This document shows, one piece after another, positions 19,816 through 28,435 of a stretch of 64,000 nucleotides of DNA (position 1 is the first letter of the stretch; every line of letters begins with the position of its first letter). Source of the DNA: Acidimicrobiia bacterium (GTDB taxonomy: Bacteria; Actinomycetota; Acidimicrobiia; Acidimicrobiales; Bin134); the NCBI GenBank assembly GCA_022822265.1, contig JAJECA010000061.1, positions 3,711 to 67,710 of the forward strand. Direction: 5' to 3'. The notes under the pieces are model-generated. The model was given only the letters and a program-made list of their open reading frames with translations. It searched no databases and was not told the origin of the DNA. The position numbers and the translations under genes are program-made.

Positions 19816-19849
19816 TGTTCACTTTTTGAACACTGGCTGCAGATGCCAA
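19816..19849 (-). promoter_or_regulatory. Putative promoter with an overlapping palindromic operator (TGTTCA-N5-TGAACA)
   Basis: Minus strand reads TTGGCA (19849-19844), then 17 nt, then AAAAGT (19826-19821). The perfect 6+6 palindrome at 19816-19832 covers the -10 region, 11 nt upstream of the GTG at 19805. Confidence 0.35.
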
Positions 19850-19878
19850 GTCTTTGTCCGCCCAGCCACTCCGAGCAG

Positions 19879-20562
19879 CTAACGCCCCCGCTCTTGCAGT
19901 TCTTCTAGGACTTGGGTGCCGAATTCAACCTGGTAGGGCGCTGCCTCCACGGATTCGGGATCGACTTCGAAGCCCTGGGAGCCCAGCCGTTCGACGACCC
20001 AGCGGTACCACTCCTGATCGTCTTCCGGATCGAGAGCTGCGATCACCGATTTAGTGAGGCTCTCCCGAGTGGTGAATCGCCACGGGTCGCTCACCAATGC
20101 TTCAAGCTCGGATCCTTCGTGCCAGGATGCATCGCGCACCTCACCAGTCACGGGGTTCCAGTCAACCGCATGAAGAGTGCCGCCAAATCCGCGGTCGTTA
20201 CTAAGGATGGCCCGTCGGCCATCGCTCAAATCTGCGAACTCAGTCAGGCTGAAGCTAAGGGCCACCGCCTTCGGACCGTCAGGCTCTTCCACAATTTGAA
20301 GCTCCGGATGGTACGGCATGGGTTGTGGGCCATCTACTGGCAACGGAGGAACCGGCTGGTCGGCATGCCTCACCGATGCATCCTCGGCCACCTCGCAAAC
20401 CGCCCCAAGCGCCACGACTCTCAGCAACGGCCGACCGTCTCTGACATGGGTTCCGAGAATACTCATGATTTTCGAGAATGTTGGCGATATTTCCTGGTCA
20501 GGGTGGGTTTTTCGAGGGTAACTGTCACTGGTCGTGGATAGGATGAGCTTCATGGAATCCAC
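19879..20562 (-). CDS. Hypothetical protein (227 aa; start uncertain)
   Basis: ORF in island DNA with no recognisable motifs. The internal ATG at MSILGTHV is an alternative start. The 5' end overlaps the divergent DUF222 ORF. Confidence 0.5.
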   Translation of the reverse strand: MDSMKLILSTTSDSYPRKTHPDQEISPTFSKIMSILGTHVRDGRPLLRVVALGAVCEVAEDASVRHADQPVPPLPVDGPQPMPYHPELQIVEEPDGPKAVALSFSLTEFADLSDGRRAILSNDRGFGGTLHAVDWNPVTGEVRDASWHEGSELEALVSDPWRFTTRESLTKSVIAALDPEDDQEWYRWVVERLGSQGFEVDPESVEAAPYQVEFGTQVLEELQERGR

Positions 20563-21775
20563 ACCTATTTCCAGGCATCACAGGGATATTCCTTGTCAAG
20601 ATGTTTGCCACCCAGACGGGGTGAGCGTGGCTACTGTTGATGTGGCTGGGCTGTCGGGGGATGGGTTGCGGGGTCGGCTACGGGAGATTGGGCGGGCTGA
20701 GTCGAGGCTGGGGGCGATGAAGTCTCAGGTTCTGGCTGAGCTGAGCCGCCGCGAGAATCTAGTGGCCGCGGAGAGGGTGGCCCGTGAGGAATTGCAGTCG
20801 TCTAGGCGGGGCGCCCAGCGGGATGTGGAGGCTGCTGAGCGGCTGACTGTTCTTTCGGAGACTTCGGAGGCCTTGTCTTCGGGAGATATCCCGGTGGGGC
20901 ATGCCCAATTGATTGCCCGGGCCGCATCGGAGGGGCCGATCGATCAGACTTTCTTGGTCGAGGCGGCCAAGCACCAGGGCTATGACCAATTCGCCAAGAC
21001 GTTGCGCACCCATCAGCAGGAGCAGTCCGACGACGATGGGCAATCCATCTTCGACCGGCAACACAAGAATCGCAAAGGAAGGGCGTTTTCGAGCCGAGAG
21101 ACCGGGATGTACCTGCTTTCGGGGGAGTTCGATCCCATCACCGGCGCCAAGATCGACACCGTGCTGGCCGCCAAAGAGAAGGAACTGTGGAATCAAGAAG
21201 ACCCGAGCGACCGGCGCACACCACAGCAGCGTATGGCCGACGCCATTGCCGAGCTGATCCTCGAACCCGAGAAGGGCAAGGCCCACGGCACTGCGCTGAT
21301 GGTGGTAGCCGACTACGACGCCGTCAACCAAGAACTGGTCAACGCCCGTCTGGCCGACGGCACCCCCATCCCGATGTGCGAGCTGGTTCGCCTGGCCTGC
21401 GACGCCGACATTCTGCCCGGCGTGTACCGAGCCGCCACCCAGGAGATGAACCTGGGACGTCGGCGGCGCACCGCCAGCGAGGCCCAGCGGGCCGCCCTGA
21501 TCTACCGGGACAGGGAGTGCATCGGCTGCGGAGCCGGCGCCAACCGGGGCTTTGCCCACCATGTCCAGTTCTGGTCAGACGGTGGTCCCACCGACTTCGG
21601 CAACCTCGTGTTGGTGTGCAACAAATGCCACCACAGCATCCACGACGACAACTGGAAGGTTGCCCACGACCCCGACGCCAAACGCTGGAAAACCCACCCC
21701 CCGCCTGACCCCTTCCCCAACCACGGGATTGACACAACCCGACTACTCCAGCACAACCCCTTGCTCCGCAACTGA
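20534..21775 (+). CDS. DUF222-domain HNH endonuclease (REP13E12-like family)
   Basis: C-terminal HNH motif: CIGCGAGANRGFAHHVQFWSDGGPTDFGNLVLVCNKCHHSIH. N-terminal DUF222-like helical region. A likely alternative start is the GTG at 20621. Confidence 0.85.
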   Translation: MDRMSFMESTPISRHHRDIPCQDVCHPDGVSVATVDVAGLSGDGLRGRLREIGRAESRLGAMKSQVLAELSRRENLVAAERVAREELQSSRRGAQRDVEAAERLTVLSETSEALSSGDIPVGHAQLIARAASEGPIDQTFLVEAAKHQGYDQFAKTLRTHQQEQSDDDGQSIFDRQHKNRKGRAFSSRETGMYLLSGEFDPITGAKIDTVLAAKEKELWNQEDPSDRRTPQQRMADAIAELILEPEKGKAHGTALMVVADYDAVNQELVNARLADGTPIPMCELVRLACDADILPGVYRAATQEMNLGRRRRTASEAQRAALIYRDRECIGCGAGANRGFAHHVQFWSDGGPTDFGNLVLVCNKCHHSIHDDNWKVAHDPDAKRWKTHPPPDPFPNHGIDTTRLLQHNPLLRN

Positions 21776-21791
21776 GCGGCAGGGTGTCCCA

Positions 21792-21995
21792 ATGAAGAAA
21801 GTGGACTTACTAAAAAAACTTCGGCGGATTGCGCAAAGAAAAGGGCTTATGCTTGAGCTGCGGCGCAAGGGCGCTAAACATGAGGTCTGGAGTTTGGGCA
21901 GTACGACACTGACGATTCCCCGCCATAGGGAGATTTCTCGGTTCACTGCCGAAGGGCTGATCAAGGACGCAGAAAAGGAGCAGCCATGTCGCTAG
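21792..21995 (+). CDS. hicA: HicA-family toxin (type II toxin-antitoxin)
   Basis: 67 aa: MKKVDLLKKLRRIAQRKGLMLELRRKGAKHEVWSLGSTTLTIPRHREISRFTAEGLIKDA. Overlaps the downstream hicB by 10 nt. Confidence 0.7.
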   Translation: MKKVDLLKKLRRIAQRKGLMLELRRKGAKHEVWSLGSTTLTIPRHREISRFTAEGLIKDAEKEQPCR

Positions 21996-22216
21996 CACCC
22001 GACACTGATGCTCAACCATCAGTGAGCGACACCCACCACCTCACTGTCGTCCGATCAGGCAAATGGTGGGCGATCAAAGCCGACAACCTACCCGGATGCC
22101 ACACCCAGGCAAGGCGACGCGCCAAGATCGAGGTAACAGCGCGCGACGCCATCGCACTGTGGTTCGACGCAGACAAAGCGGAAGTCGGCCCCTTAGTCGT
22201 CAACTTCGCCGAATAG
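21986..22216 (+). CDS. hicB: HicB-like antitoxin
   Basis: 76 aa: ..LTVVRSGKWWAIKADNLPGCHTQARRRAKIEVTARDAIALWF, typical of short actinobacterial HicB. Overlaps hicA. Confidence 0.7.
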   Translation: MSLAPDTDAQPSVSDTHHLTVVRSGKWWAIKADNLPGCHTQARRRAKIEVTARDAIALWFDADKAEVGPLVVNFAE

Positions 22217-22478
22217 GGCTAGCGGCGTCATCATCCACTTCCCAGTCAGACCAGTCTTCGGTCGGAAGCCAATATTCGACTCCTTCGAATGATGAGAGCT
22301 CCTCCTCGGTGAGGGGCATCCTTTCGTAGATCTCTGCATCGCGCTCCGCCAGGATGGGATTGATATGGCGTCGCAGCGCCTCACGGAACAATTCTGAGGG
22401 GGTAACTCCCATGAACTCGGCACATTCATTGGCTCCTTTTGCCATTTCCGGGGCAACCTGGAATCTAAGGATCGGCAT
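22200..22478 (-). CDS. Ribbon-helix-helix (CopG/MazE-like) antitoxin-type protein with no cognate toxin gene
   Basis: 92 aa. N-terminal RHH LRFQVAPEMAKGANECAEFMGVTPSELFREALRRHI and an acidic Trp-rich tail (EYWLPTEDWSDWEVDDD). Its 3' end overlaps hicB convergently by 17 nt. Confidence 0.6.
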   Translation of the reverse strand: MPILRFQVAPEMAKGANECAEFMGVTPSELFREALRRHINPILAERDAEIYERMPLTEEELSSFEGVEYWLPTEDWSDWEVDDDAASPIRRS

Positions 22479-22560
22479 ACATAGGCAGGCTACTGCATTA
22501 CTTCGGAATCAGATGGCCCTATTTGTCCTTTAATCAGGGCTTTTGCACGACCTTGACCCG

Positions 22561-23706
22561 TCAGTTTGCGCTGCGAAGTAACCCGTCGAGTGCTTGGTGG
22601 AAGTGGATTAGGGCTACTTCGTGGCGGCCTACGAGGGTTTCTTCGACCAGGCCGGAGGAGAGGGACTGCTGGATCTTCACGGATTGGGGGAAGTCTTCGC
22701 CGGCGCCGACTCGTTGGTGCAGTTCCAGGGTGCGCTCGTAGTGGGGGCGGGTTTGTTCTGTGACGGGTTCGGGCGTGTAGAGGGTCATGGTGACATCGGT
22801 GTGGTCTACGGCGGTGGGCAGGAATTGGTACACCGCGAAATGGTCCACGCTGTGGCTCAAGATGACGTTAGGAGCGATCAGGTACTCCACGGTGGCCCGG
22901 CCGAGCAGGTCCCACTGGTCCTCAGGGGCTTCGGCCAGTTCCAGGATCGACTTCTGGCAGGTTTGGAACCGCAGATTGGGGCCGTAGCCCCGGTAGGTCA
23001 TGGGCTGAGACAGGTAGTACTTGCCCACTGTGGTGCGGTGCAGCGAGAACACGTGATACGACTCCAGAAACGTGTCCACCAGCAGCTTCCAGTTGCACGG
23101 CCAGCTCGACTCCCACCGGTCGAACGGGAGGTAGCTGCCCACGTTGAAATCGTCGAGATCGAATGCGGCCTCACCGACGAGGCTGGCCGCGTCCACCGGG
23201 CCGTCGCCCTCGGGCTGCACGAACACCAGGCCGTGGGCCTCACCCACCGGCACCGGCACCAAACCGAGCTCCGACTCGTCGGTCCCGTCGAACCCCTCCC
23301 CCGCCTGGGGGCGGGCCAAAAGCGACCCGTCCAGCCGGTAGGTCCAGGCGTGGAACGGGCACCGCAGCGACGCCGCCCCGGATCCGCACCCGCTCACCAC
23401 CGATGAGGCCCGATGGCGGCACACGTTGCGGAACCCCCGCAGCACCCCGTCGTCGCCCCGCACAATTGCCAGCGGCACCCCACCGACGGTGAGAGACGCG
23501 TAGTCGCCTGGCGAGGCCACCGCCCCCGACAGGCAGGCCACCACCGGGCGGCGGCGGAACAGCGCCTCCCGCTCGGCCTGCCAGTGCTGCTCGCTCACAT
23601 AGACCTCAGCGGGCAGCACCAGCACGTCGTCGGCCAGCTGCGTGGTGCCCGCCGCGTGGTGGGCCAACAGCTCCCGGATCAACTCCACCTGGGTCTCGCG
23701 CCGCAC
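22561..23706 (-). CDS. Rieske (2Fe-2S) aromatic-ring-hydroxylating oxygenase, alpha subunit
   Basis: CRHRASS ... CPFHAWTY Rieske motif, followed by a catalytic C-terminal domain. 381 aa. Confidence 0.9.
   Translation of the reverse strand: MRRETQVELIRELLAHHAAGTTQLADDVLVLPAEVYVSEQHWQAEREALFRRRPVVACLSGAVASPGDYASLTVGGVPLAIVRGDDGVLRGFRNVCRHRASSVVSGCGSGAASLRCPFHAWTYRLDGSLLARPQAGEGFDGTDESELGLVPVPVGEAHGLVFVQPEGDGPVDAASLVGEAAFDLDDFNVGSYLPFDRWESSWPCNWKLLVDTFLESYHVFSLHRTTVGKYYLSQPMTYRGYGPNLRFQTCQKSILELAEAPEDQWDLLGRATVEYLIAPNVILSHSVDHFAVYQFLPTAVDHTDVTMTLYTPEPVTEQTRPHYERTLELHQRVGAGEDFPQSVKIQQSLSSGLVEETLVGRHEVALIHFHQALDGLLRSAN
22592..22805. repeat. Direct repeat copy B (214 bp) of 17584-17797
   Basis: Lies inside the intact Rieske gene 3' end. 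About 93% identical to copy A by hand alignment. Confidence 0.85.
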
Positions 23707-23783
23707 AGGCAGAGCCTACGCCGGTAACGTCGGCGGGTGATGTTCAGGAATATGCCGCCTGCCAATCGCCTTGGACACCCAGC

Positions 23784-24608
23784 ATGAACCGCGACCTGTA
23801 CCTGTATGAGGTGGTCGACATCATCGGGCAGGGCCAGTACGACTACATGGAGCACTTGTGGCAAGACCCGGTGCTGCGCATGCCGGAGATGTTCGGGCTC
23901 CAGGGCGCGTTCTACATCCTGGGTGCGGGTGGGGGGCGCTGGCCCCAGGTCATCAACATCTGGGACATCGGTTCAGAGGGCTGGAAGGGATTGGCCAAGA
24001 ACCTCGACCGGCTGAACCTGAAGCGGCGCAAGGCGTTCTACGGCGACTGGTGGGACGAGGCCGCCCAATGGCGCTCCGGCGGATTCGACAGGCTGTGCGG
24101 GGGCGTGCCCGGCAGCCCCAACACCACCGAGATCACCGAGGCGGGCATCACCGGCACGCTGTTCGTGAACGAGATACTCACCGTGCGGCCGGGCACGCCG
24201 CTGGAGTTTCTGGCCGCGGTGGTGCAGGAGCGCGTACCCCTCATGGCCGACTACGGCCACCTCCCCACCGGGCTTTACGAGGTGCTCAACAACCAGCACG
24301 AGGTGGTGATGGTGTGGGCGGCCGACATCGCCTCCCACGTCACCTACCGCCAGAACCGCGACACCACCCGGGGCCTGTGCGACGAGGGCCAAGCCGATGA
24401 GCGGATCACCGCCTGGGAGCAGCTTTCGGCCGAATACGTGACCGGCGGCGACACCCACCTGATGACCCCGCTGCCCCGCACGGTGTACGGACCCGACGAT
24501 TGGGAGGACGCCAGCCTGGAGAATTGGCTGGCGGCCCAGGAATCGGCTGATCAAATGGCGACTCCTCAAAGGGCGTCTTCTCAGAAAGCAACCGAGAGCG
24601 ATGGATAG
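23784..24608 (+). CDS. NIPSNAP-like tandem-domain protein (tentative)
   Basis: Two similar halves (LYLYEVVDI..VINIWDIGS and LFVNEILTV..VVMVWAADI) resemble NIPSNAP dimeric alpha/beta-barrel repeats. Confidence 0.45.
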   Translation: MNRDLYLYEVVDIIGQGQYDYMEHLWQDPVLRMPEMFGLQGAFYILGAGGGRWPQVINIWDIGSEGWKGLAKNLDRLNLKRRKAFYGDWWDEAAQWRSGGFDRLCGGVPGSPNTTEITEAGITGTLFVNEILTVRPGTPLEFLAAVVQERVPLMADYGHLPTGLYEVLNNQHEVVMVWAADIASHVTYRQNRDTTRGLCDEGQADERITAWEQLSAEYVTGGDTHLMTPLPRTVYGPDDWEDASLENWLAAQESADQMATPQRASSQKATESDG

Positions 24609-25362
24609 ATTCGACCTGACCGGAAAGGTGGCCCTCGTCACCGGGGCGTCTCGGGGAATCGGCCACGCTCTTTCTCTTGGGCTGGCCGAGGCCGGCGCCA
24701 AGATCGTGGCCGCCAGCCGCACGCTGGACGCCTGCCAGGCACTGGCCGACCAGATCACCGCCGCGGGCGGAGAGGCAATGGCTGCCGAGTTCGACGTCGG
24801 CCAGCCAGAACAGCATCAGCCGCTGCTCGAGGCTGCCATGAGCCGCTTCGGCCGCCTCGATGTGCTGGTGAACAACGCCGGGGTGCTGCGCCCCCACCTC
24901 ACCACCCGGGTCTCCCCCGAGGAACTGGACGACATCTTGGCGGTGAACCTGAAGGGGCCGCTGTTCTTGTCGCAGGCCGCGCTCGACCACTTGGCGGCCG
25001 ACGGGGGCGGTTCGATCATCAACATCGGGGCGTTGGGCGCCTTCCAGCCCATGGAGGGCATCGGGGCGTACTGCGCGGTGAAAGCGGCCATGGCCAACTG
25101 GACCACCACCATGGCCCGGGAGTGGGCCAGCGGGGGAGTGCGGGTGAACCTGCTGGTCCCCGGCCCGGTGGCCACCGACATGATCCTGCCCCGCGACCCC
25201 GACGCTCGAGCCCGCTTCGAGGACGAGGTGGCCGCTGAGACCATTTTCGGCCGCCTCGGCGTACCCGAGGATCTGGTGGGTGCCGCGGTGTTCTTGGCCA
25301 GCGACGCCTCCGCGTTCATGAGCGGCCGGCCTGTCTTCGTCGACGGCGGCATGCTGCGCTGA
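24601..25362 (+). CDS. Short-chain dehydrogenase/reductase (SDR)
   Basis: VALVTGASRGIGHAL and YCAVKAAM motifs. Confidence 0.9.
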   Translation: MDRFDLTGKVALVTGASRGIGHALSLGLAEAGAKIVAASRTLDACQALADQITAAGGEAMAAEFDVGQPEQHQPLLEAAMSRFGRLDVLVNNAGVLRPHLTTRVSPEELDDILAVNLKGPLFLSQAALDHLAADGGGSIINIGALGAFQPMEGIGAYCAVKAAMANWTTTMAREWASGGVRVNLLVPGPVATDMILPRDPDARARFEDEVAAETIFGRLGVPEDLVGAAVFLASDASAFMSGRPVFVDGGMLR

Positions 25363-25450
25363 GCAGGCTGTTCAATCCTGTTAAATGCCCGTTGAAAAGC
25401 CCATTGAAATGGTGCGCAACTCCCGCGCTGACACCGGGTAGGGTCGCGGC

Positions 25451-26134
25451 ATGGCCGCTGATTTGGCCCAACAGGCATTGATCGCGCCTTCAGTGCTGCC
25501 CGCTGATTTCGCCCGCTTGGGCGAGGAGTGCATCGGCTTGGAGAAAGCCGGGGCCGACCGGATCCACTGGGATGTGATGGACGGCCGGTTCGTGCCCAAC
25601 CTCACCTTCGGCCCCGACGTGATCGCCTCGATCCGTCCCCTGGTGTCGCTGCCCTTCGAAGCCCATTTGATGGTGGAGGAGCCCCATGAGCTGGCGCCCC
25701 GCTACGCCGAGGCCGGTTGCGAGCTGCTCACCGTCCACGTCGAGGCGTGTCCTCACCTGCACCGCACGCTGGGGGCCATCCGAGAACTGGGCATGGACGC
25801 CGGCGTGGCCCTCAATCCTGCCACCCCGGCATCAGCGGTAGCCCATGTGCTGGACCTGTGCCGACTGGTGCTGGTGATGACCGTCAACCCCGGCTGGGGC
25901 GGCCAGTCGTACATCGCGGCAATGGAGTCCAAGGTGGCCGAGGTGCGGGCAATGATCGACGAGGGCGGACACGACGTGGAGCTGGAGGTCGACGGCGGCA
26001 TCGGCCGGTCCACCATCGGAGCCGCCGCCCAGGCCGGGGCGGGGGTGTTCGTGGCCGGCAGCGCGGTGTTTTCCCACGAACTGGGTTTCAACCACGCCAT
26101 CGGCGAGTTGCGAGAAGCTGCCGCTCACTCCTGA
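25451..26134 (+). CDS. rpe: Ribulose-phosphate 3-epimerase
   Basis: IAPSVLPADFARLGEE and IHWDVMDGRFVPN. 227 aa. Confidence 0.95.
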   Translation: MAADLAQQALIAPSVLPADFARLGEECIGLEKAGADRIHWDVMDGRFVPNLTFGPDVIASIRPLVSLPFEAHLMVEEPHELAPRYAEAGCELLTVHVEACPHLHRTLGAIRELGMDAGVALNPATPASAVAHVLDLCRLVLVMTVNPGWGGQSYIAAMESKVAEVRAMIDEGGHDVELEVDGGIGRSTIGAAAQAGAGVFVAGSAVFSHELGFNHAIGELREAAAHS

Positions 26135-26153
26135 CGGTGCCCGCCTGCTGAAG

Positions 26154-26651
26154 ATGCCAGGTGTTGCCCGCCGACGGCCGATTTCGGTTTCACTGGCCCT
26201 GCTCATTGGTGCCTCGATGCTGGGGTTTCTTGCTCTCAGCGCCTGCGGCGATGACGACCAGCCCAGCCTGGAAGGCTTCTGCGAGCGCCTCGAAACCGCT
26301 TTCGGGCCGGAGGGCGCGTTGGCCGCGGACTATTCCGAGGATCCCAGCGCCGCCAAGGCGGTCGTCGACGAGTTCGAGGCCATTCGCCGGGTGTCGCCGC
26401 TGGAGATCGAGCCGTCGCTGGCGGTCATCATCGAAACTTCCAGCCTCGTCATTGCAGCGTTCAGCGGTGCTGAGACCGCCGGGCTAGATGCAGAGCAGCT
26501 GGCGGCCAGCGGGGAAGCCGCAGCCGAGCTGAACCGCTATTCGGTGGAGCAGTGCGGCCTCGAACTGGATTGGGTCAGTCCCGTCGTGTTCATCGACCCC
26601 GATAGGGCCGACAGGATTCCCGGCGAGGTGAACCTGAACGTCCCGGGCTGA
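26154..26651 (+). CDS. Putative lipoprotein, function unknown
   Basis: Signal peptide with lipobox FLALSAC. Confidence 0.55.
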   Translation: MPGVARRRPISVSLALLIGASMLGFLALSACGDDDQPSLEGFCERLETAFGPEGALAADYSEDPSAAKAVVDEFEAIRRVSPLEIEPSLAVIIETSSLVIAAFSGAETAGLDAEQLAASGEAAAELNRYSVEQCGLELDWVSPVVFIDPDRADRIPGEVNLNVPG

Positions 26652-26677
26652 CCGATGGCACAGAGAGAGGTAGACCC

Positions 26678-27274
26678 CTAGAGCATCTCGCCGCGTTTGA
26701 CGATCACGTGGTCGATGATGCCGTACTGCTTGGCCTCTTCGGCGGTGAACCAGCGGTCGCGGTCGGAGTCGGCCTCCACCTGCTCCACCGACTGGCCGGT
26801 GTGGGTGGCAATGCGCTCGGCCAGCAGCGACTTCACGTAGGCGTGCTGCTCGGCCTGGATGGCGATGTCGGCGGCCTGGCCCCGAACGCCGCCCGAGGGC
26901 TGGTGCATCATGATCCGAGCGTGGGGCAGGGCATAGCGCTTGCCCGGAGCACCGGCGCACAGCAGGAACTGGCCCATCGAGGCGCCCAGGCCCATGCAGA
27001 TGGTCCCCACGTCGGGGGTGATGAACTGCATGGTGTCGTAGATGGCCATGCCCGATGTGACCGACCCGCCCGGGGAGTTGATGTAGAGCCAGATGTCCTT
27101 GTCGGAATCCTCGCCCTCCAGATACAAGAGCTGGGCGGTGATGTAGTTGGCGATGTCGTCGTTCACGTCGGTTCCGAGAAACACGATGCGATTCTTCAGA
27201 AGCCGGTTGTAAATCTCGAAAGCGCCGCGCTCGGGGCTGCCCGGCTCGAACAAAACGGGTTCGGTCATGGCCAC
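26678..27274 (-). CDS. clpP: ATP-dependent Clp protease proteolytic subunit
   Basis: [28 protein letters not shown] (Ser), RIMMHQP (His) and [19 protein letters not shown] (Asp). The catalytic triad is intact. Confidence 0.95.
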   Translation of the reverse strand: MAMTEPVLFEPGSPERGAFEIYNRLLKNRIVFLGTDVNDDIANYITAQLLYLEGEDSDKDIWLYINSPGGSVTSGMAIYDTMQFITPDVGTICMGLGASMGQFLLCAGAPGKRYALPHARIMMHQPSGGVRGQAADIAIQAEQHAYVKSLLAERIATHTGQSVEQVEADSDRDRWFTAEEAKQYGIIDHVIVKRGEML

Positions 27275-27289
27275 AATCGTACCGGCCCG

Positions 27290-28435
27290 CTAGTGCGTCT
27301 CGGCCACCCGATCCACCGGCATCACCGTGCACACCGGTGCCTCAGGGGGTTCGGCGGGGAGCATGAAGCGCCAGAACACCGCGGCCCGAGGCTCGCCGCA
27401 GGTGTCCAGCCAGTTGGGCACGCCGGGGTCGCGATGGGCGATCACCACCCGGTAGCGGCGGTCTGCGCCCATTTCCATCTGGGTGTCGTTCAGCGACACG
27501 GTGCGCTCCAGGTAGTCGGCCGTTTGGCCCAGCTCGTTCCAGATCACCACGTTGGTGAAAAGGCCTTCGGGCAGCTGCCCCTCCATGACCAGGGCCTCTT
27601 CGGGAGCCAGCTCGTACTCGCCGGCCGAGTAGGCAATGTCCACCGCTCCCCATCCGCCGCCGTCGCCGTCGGTCCAGTCCACCGGCGGGCCCATTTGATT
27701 GGGCACCTCGGAGTACCAACTTGGGCGGCGCCGGGGCTGTGGGCCGAGCATTTGTCCGCCGAACTTCGAGCGCACCCATGCCTCCACCCGCCTCAGGCGA
27801 CGGGCCACTGTTTCGTCGTCGGGCACCGGGATCTGCTCTGGCCCGTCGACGACGTCGATGCGCAGATCGGGCACCAGCTCGGGCTGGGCCGAGGCGGCTT
27901 GTGCCTCGTTGAAATAGAACCGCACCACCACCGAGCCAGCGTCTTCTTCCAAGGGCATCCAATTGCCCCCGTGGGCTTCGGGCGACAGCACTACTTCGAA
28001 GGTGCCGTCTTCATCGAACGCCATGTCGTCCATGTTGAGCTCGCCCACCACCCGGGTTGGCCAGTGGCCGTCGCGGTCGCCTCCGTGCACGGTGAGCGAC
28101 AGGTAGACCTCCCGTCCCCGCCGACCCCGAACCCGATAGGTGAGATCACCCCGCAGCGGGGCGAAGAAGTAGATGGCGTCGGGGTTGTCGCCCCACTTGC
28201 GGTACGGGGAGATGAGGCGCACGAAGTGGGGCCGCTCCGGCTCGTTCTCCAGGTAGAGGTCCAGCGCTCCCCAAAGCGCCATGCCCAACCCCCGAATGCC
28301 CAGGTGCTCCCGACCAGGGGCCAGGCCCCGCTGCGGCCCGATCCAGTCGGCGTCGATTTCCGCCAGCGCGCCGAGCAGATCCCGCCAGGCCCGCCGGGCC
28401 TCGCTGTTGGGCCCGCTTTCCCGGAGCTCGCTCAC
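27290..28435 (-). CDS. Hypothetical protein, DUF1214-like (tentative)
   Basis: 381 aa. The pattern WGDNPDAIYFFAPLRGDLTYRVRG resembles actinobacterial DUF1214 proteins from memory. Its start overlaps the upstream cupin gene stop. Confidence 0.5.
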   Translation of the reverse strand: MSELRESGPNSEARRAWRDLLGALAEIDADWIGPQRGLAPGREHLGIRGLGMALWGALDLYLENEPERPHFVRLISPYRKWGDNPDAIYFFAPLRGDLTYRVRGRRGREVYLSLTVHGGDRDGHWPTRVVGELNMDDMAFDEDGTFEVVLSPEAHGGNWMPLEEDAGSVVVRFYFNEAQAASAQPELVPDLRIDVVDGPEQIPVPDDETVARRLRRVEAWVRSKFGGQMLGPQPRRRPSWYSEVPNQMGPPVDWTDGDGGGWGAVDIAYSAGEYELAPEEALVMEGQLPEGLFTNVVIWNELGQTADYLERTVSLNDTQMEMGADRRYRVVIAHRDPGVPNWLDTCGEPRAAVFWRFMLPAEPPEAPVCTVMPVDRVAETH

